NCBI GenBank assembly: GCA_036679645.1
Contig: JAZDCY010000030.1
Span: 1 to 37,579 of the forward strand
DNA length: 37,579 nucleotides
Source: Gemmatimonadota bacterium
GTDB lineage: Bacteria; Gemmatimonadota; Gemmatimonadetes; Gemmatimonadales; GWC2-71-9
Direction of reading: 5' to 3'
Part shown: piece by piece, positions 35,312 to 37,579 of the stretch
How the letters are laid out: every line of letters starts with the position of its first letter
How positions within the stretch are numbered: position 1 is the first letter of the stretch
The notes under the pieces: generated by a model
The model's input: the letters and a program-made list of their open reading frames with translations, nothing else
Told to the model about the DNA's origin: nothing
The model's database searches: none
Made by a program: the position numbers and the translations under genes

Positions 35312-37579
35312 TCAGCCGATACCGTGCGTGCGGCGCAGGTTGGCAATGCGGGAGCGAACGCTTCCTACGGCGGCGGCAAGATCGGAGTCGGCGCCTTGCC
35401 ACAGCGATACGAAGCGTTCATACGACGCGACGGCTTCCCGGTAGTCGCCACGCTCCTCGTATAACCGGCCGAGCTCGTAGTGTGCGAGCATCCAGGGCTC
35501 CTGGCTCTCGGTTCCGAAGGTGCTGCCGTCTGCCATCCGCTGGTACTCGCGGATTGCGTCATCGATGCGTCCGGCGACGTCGTACGCGTGCGCGAGCGAC
35601 TCGCGGAAGTACTCGTCACCACGGCGCGTGACGGCGAGTTCGAGCAACTCGAGCGCGCCAGCGGTGTCACCGCGGGCCAGGGCGACCTCCCCCTGGAGGA
35701 GTTCGAGCGCGGCGCGGTCGCCGTCGCTCTCTCCCATTGCGGAGTCGATGTCGGTTACCACCGCTTCCGCGGTGACCAGGTCTCCCGCACGCACATGCAT
35801 CTTGCCGAGCAGAAGGAGAAAGTAGGGGCCGATAAAGAAAGAGTCGTCGCTTCGGAAATTGTCCGCGGCTCGCAGCTGTCTCAGGAATCCGGCGCTGTCG
35901 CCGCGCGTGCGTAAAGCCGCAGCGAGATACAGTCGATTGCGCAGCTCGCTCAACCCCTGGTTGGTGATCTGATTTGTGCGAATGGCCTCGCCGAAAAGGT
36001 CCACAGCCTCGCGGTACCGGCCTTGGAACATGTCCAACAGCGCCAGGGAGCGTTGGCCGCGGGCTCGTTGTGAGGGGTCCTCGTCAAACATGAGCCGGAA
36101 CGCCTGCTCGGCGTCATCGAGATACCCGGCCTTCACGAGCGCTGATCCGTACTCGTGGTTGATGAACCCGCGCAGCACCGCGCCGGTATCGATCGCGAAA
36201 GCACTACGGTATAGCGGGATGGCCTCCGTCGGTCGGTCTGCCGAGTTGAGGCAGGTGGCCATTTGGAGATAGGCGTTGACCATGCCGGAATCGAGCGAGA
36301 GCACCCGCTCCAACGCCGGGATCGCCTCGTCGCACCGCTGCAACCGCATGTAACCACTGCCCAGATTGAACCAGGCGTCGCGGTCATCCGGATAGTCGCG
36401 CAGGAACACCTGCAGGATGTTTATCGCCTCCTCCGGCTGGCCCCGGCTCCCGGCGACGAGCGAGCGGATCCACAATCGCTCGCGTTTGGTGAGCCTGTCG
36501 GCACTCGCCAGCGCCCGCTCGAAATGCACCTCCGCTTTGGGCCGGTCGTTGAACCACGCGTCCATCAGGCCCATCGATGCGTGTGCCCATGCGAAGGTCG
36601 AGTCGTAGCCGAGCGCCTCCTCCCAGAGCGACCGGGCTTGCTGATACTCGCCGGCGGTCCAGGCCTGACTTCCGTCCGTGAACGCCCTCAGCGCCTCCAA
36701 CGATGAGGTCGTAGCGCGCGGAAGAAAACCGCCGCTGCGCACCAGGTCGAGGCGGGACTCGCCTAACCGGCGCCGCACGGCTCTCCCCAGACGATCCACA
36801 GCCTCGAGCACCTCTGACCGACTGCTCGCATCTGCGGAGACGGCGGTGAGGTCCACGCCTGTAGTGGCATCGACGATGCGCGCCGATAGGCTGAACGCGC
36901 CGCCCACGCCGGTGATGCTCGGCACGAGTACGACCACCAGGCCTTCGCGCACCGCGACCTCGGTTGCGAGTGGCTCGTCGAGTCGGCTCGTACCCGCCTG
37001 TCCCATCCGCTGCAACGTCTCCCGCGTTCGGGCCTCGGGGAACACGTTGACCTGCCGGGACTGCGCGATACTGCTCGCGAGGGCACGGTCCAGGGTGCGG
37101 TCGAAGATGCTGTCGCCGGTCAGGTTCTCGAAGCTGGCAATCACGATCCACCCGCGCTCCTCGAACGGCACGCTGCCGAACGGGAACAGCATGGCCCCGG
37201 CACCCGCGACAACCGCCAAGACCAGGGCCGCCGCTGCAATCAATACCGGTGGGCGCGATCGCAGAGCCGGGCGCGGAATCGTGGCGGCGCGCTCTGCTTC
37301 CAAGGCCTCGACGACCCGCGACGAGGTCGTAACCCGGCTGATCGCCTCCTTAAACCGCGCCGCCGTGGGGAACCGATCCGCCGGCGTCTTTTGCAGGGCC
37401 GTGAGGATGGCCTCTTCCACCTCCGGTGTCACGGTACTGCGCTGCTGCGAGACGCGCGGCGGTTGGGCGGTCAGCTGCTGCTCGATGATCGTCTCGGCGC
37501 CGCCCGTGAAGGGCGGCTCGCCGGACAGCATCTCGTACAGCATGCAGCCCACGCTGTAGATATCGGAACGGGCGTCGAC
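35312..37579 (-). CDS. Ser/Thr protein kinase with TM segment and extensive TPR domain, 5' partial
   Basis: Frame open to the window end: DARSDIYSVGCMLYEML.GEPPF; FENLTGD; many TPRs. Confidence 0.92.
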   Translation of the reverse strand, partial: VDARSDIYSVGCMLYEMLSGEPPFTGGAETIIEQQLTAQPPRVSQQRSTVTPEVEEAILTALQKTPADRFPTAARFKEAISRVTTSSRVVEALEAERAATIPRPALRSRPPVLIAAAALVLAVVAGAGAMLFPFGSVPFEERGWIVIASFENLTGDSIFDRTLDRALASSIAQSRQVNVFPEARTRETLQRMGQAGTSRLDEPLATEVAVREGLVVVLVPSITGVGGAFSLSARIVDATTGVDLTAVSADASSRSEVLEAVDRLGRAVRRRLGESRLDLVRSGGFLPRATTSSLEALRAFTDGSQAWTAGEYQQARSLWEEALGYDSTFAWAHASMGLMDAWFNDRPKAEVHFERALASADRLTKRERLWIRSLVAGSRGQPEEAINILQVFLRDYPDDRDAWFNLGSGYMRLQRCDEAIPALERVLSLDSGMVNAYLQMATCLNSADRPTEAIPLYRSAFAIDTGAVLRGFINHEYGSALVKAGYLDDAEQAFRLMFDEDPSQRARGQRSLALLDMFQGRYREAVDLFGEAIRTNQITNQGLSELRNRLYLAAALRTRGDSAGFLRQLRAADNFRSDDSFFIGPYFLLLLGKMHVRAGDLVTAEAVVTDIDSAMGESDGDRAALELLQGEVALARGDTAGALELLELAVTRRGDEYFRESLAHAYDVAGRIDDAIREYQRMADGSTFGTESQEPWMLAHYELGRLYEERGDYREAVASYERFVSLWQGADSDLAAAVGSVRSRIANLRRTHGIG

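Overview
GC-rich bacterial chromosomal window with about 33 CDS or pseudogenes. It is probably from Gemmatimonadota (inference from two Ser/Thr kinase + TPR genes and DUF4384/DUF481/DUF5686 envelope proteins). Housekeeping and tRNA-modification genes include thiI, infA, and queF divergent from queC-queE. The window also has a topoisomerase IB preceded by a histone-H1-like basic miniprotein, a small decayed defence islet (type IIG R-M remnant + MNT-HEPN toxin-antitoxin pair), and a TPR/beta-barrel + processive GT2 module with a putative sigma54 promoter. The most unusual signals are: (i) two separate intergenic arrays of the same 8-bp unit CTG[A/T]GC[GT/AC], each directly after a stop codon and with a strictly binary dinucleotide switch; (ii) at least four genes with clean internal deletions, one with a perfect 23-bp palindrome at the junction; (iii) readable cis-elements, including a symmetric bidirectional, apparently leaderless promoter for queF/queC and tandem TAACC-N18/19-GGTTA boxes next to a CGNR zinc-finger gene. 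No rRNA, tRNA, CRISPR array or IS element was recognised. Family assignments come from motif recognition by eye, not database searches.
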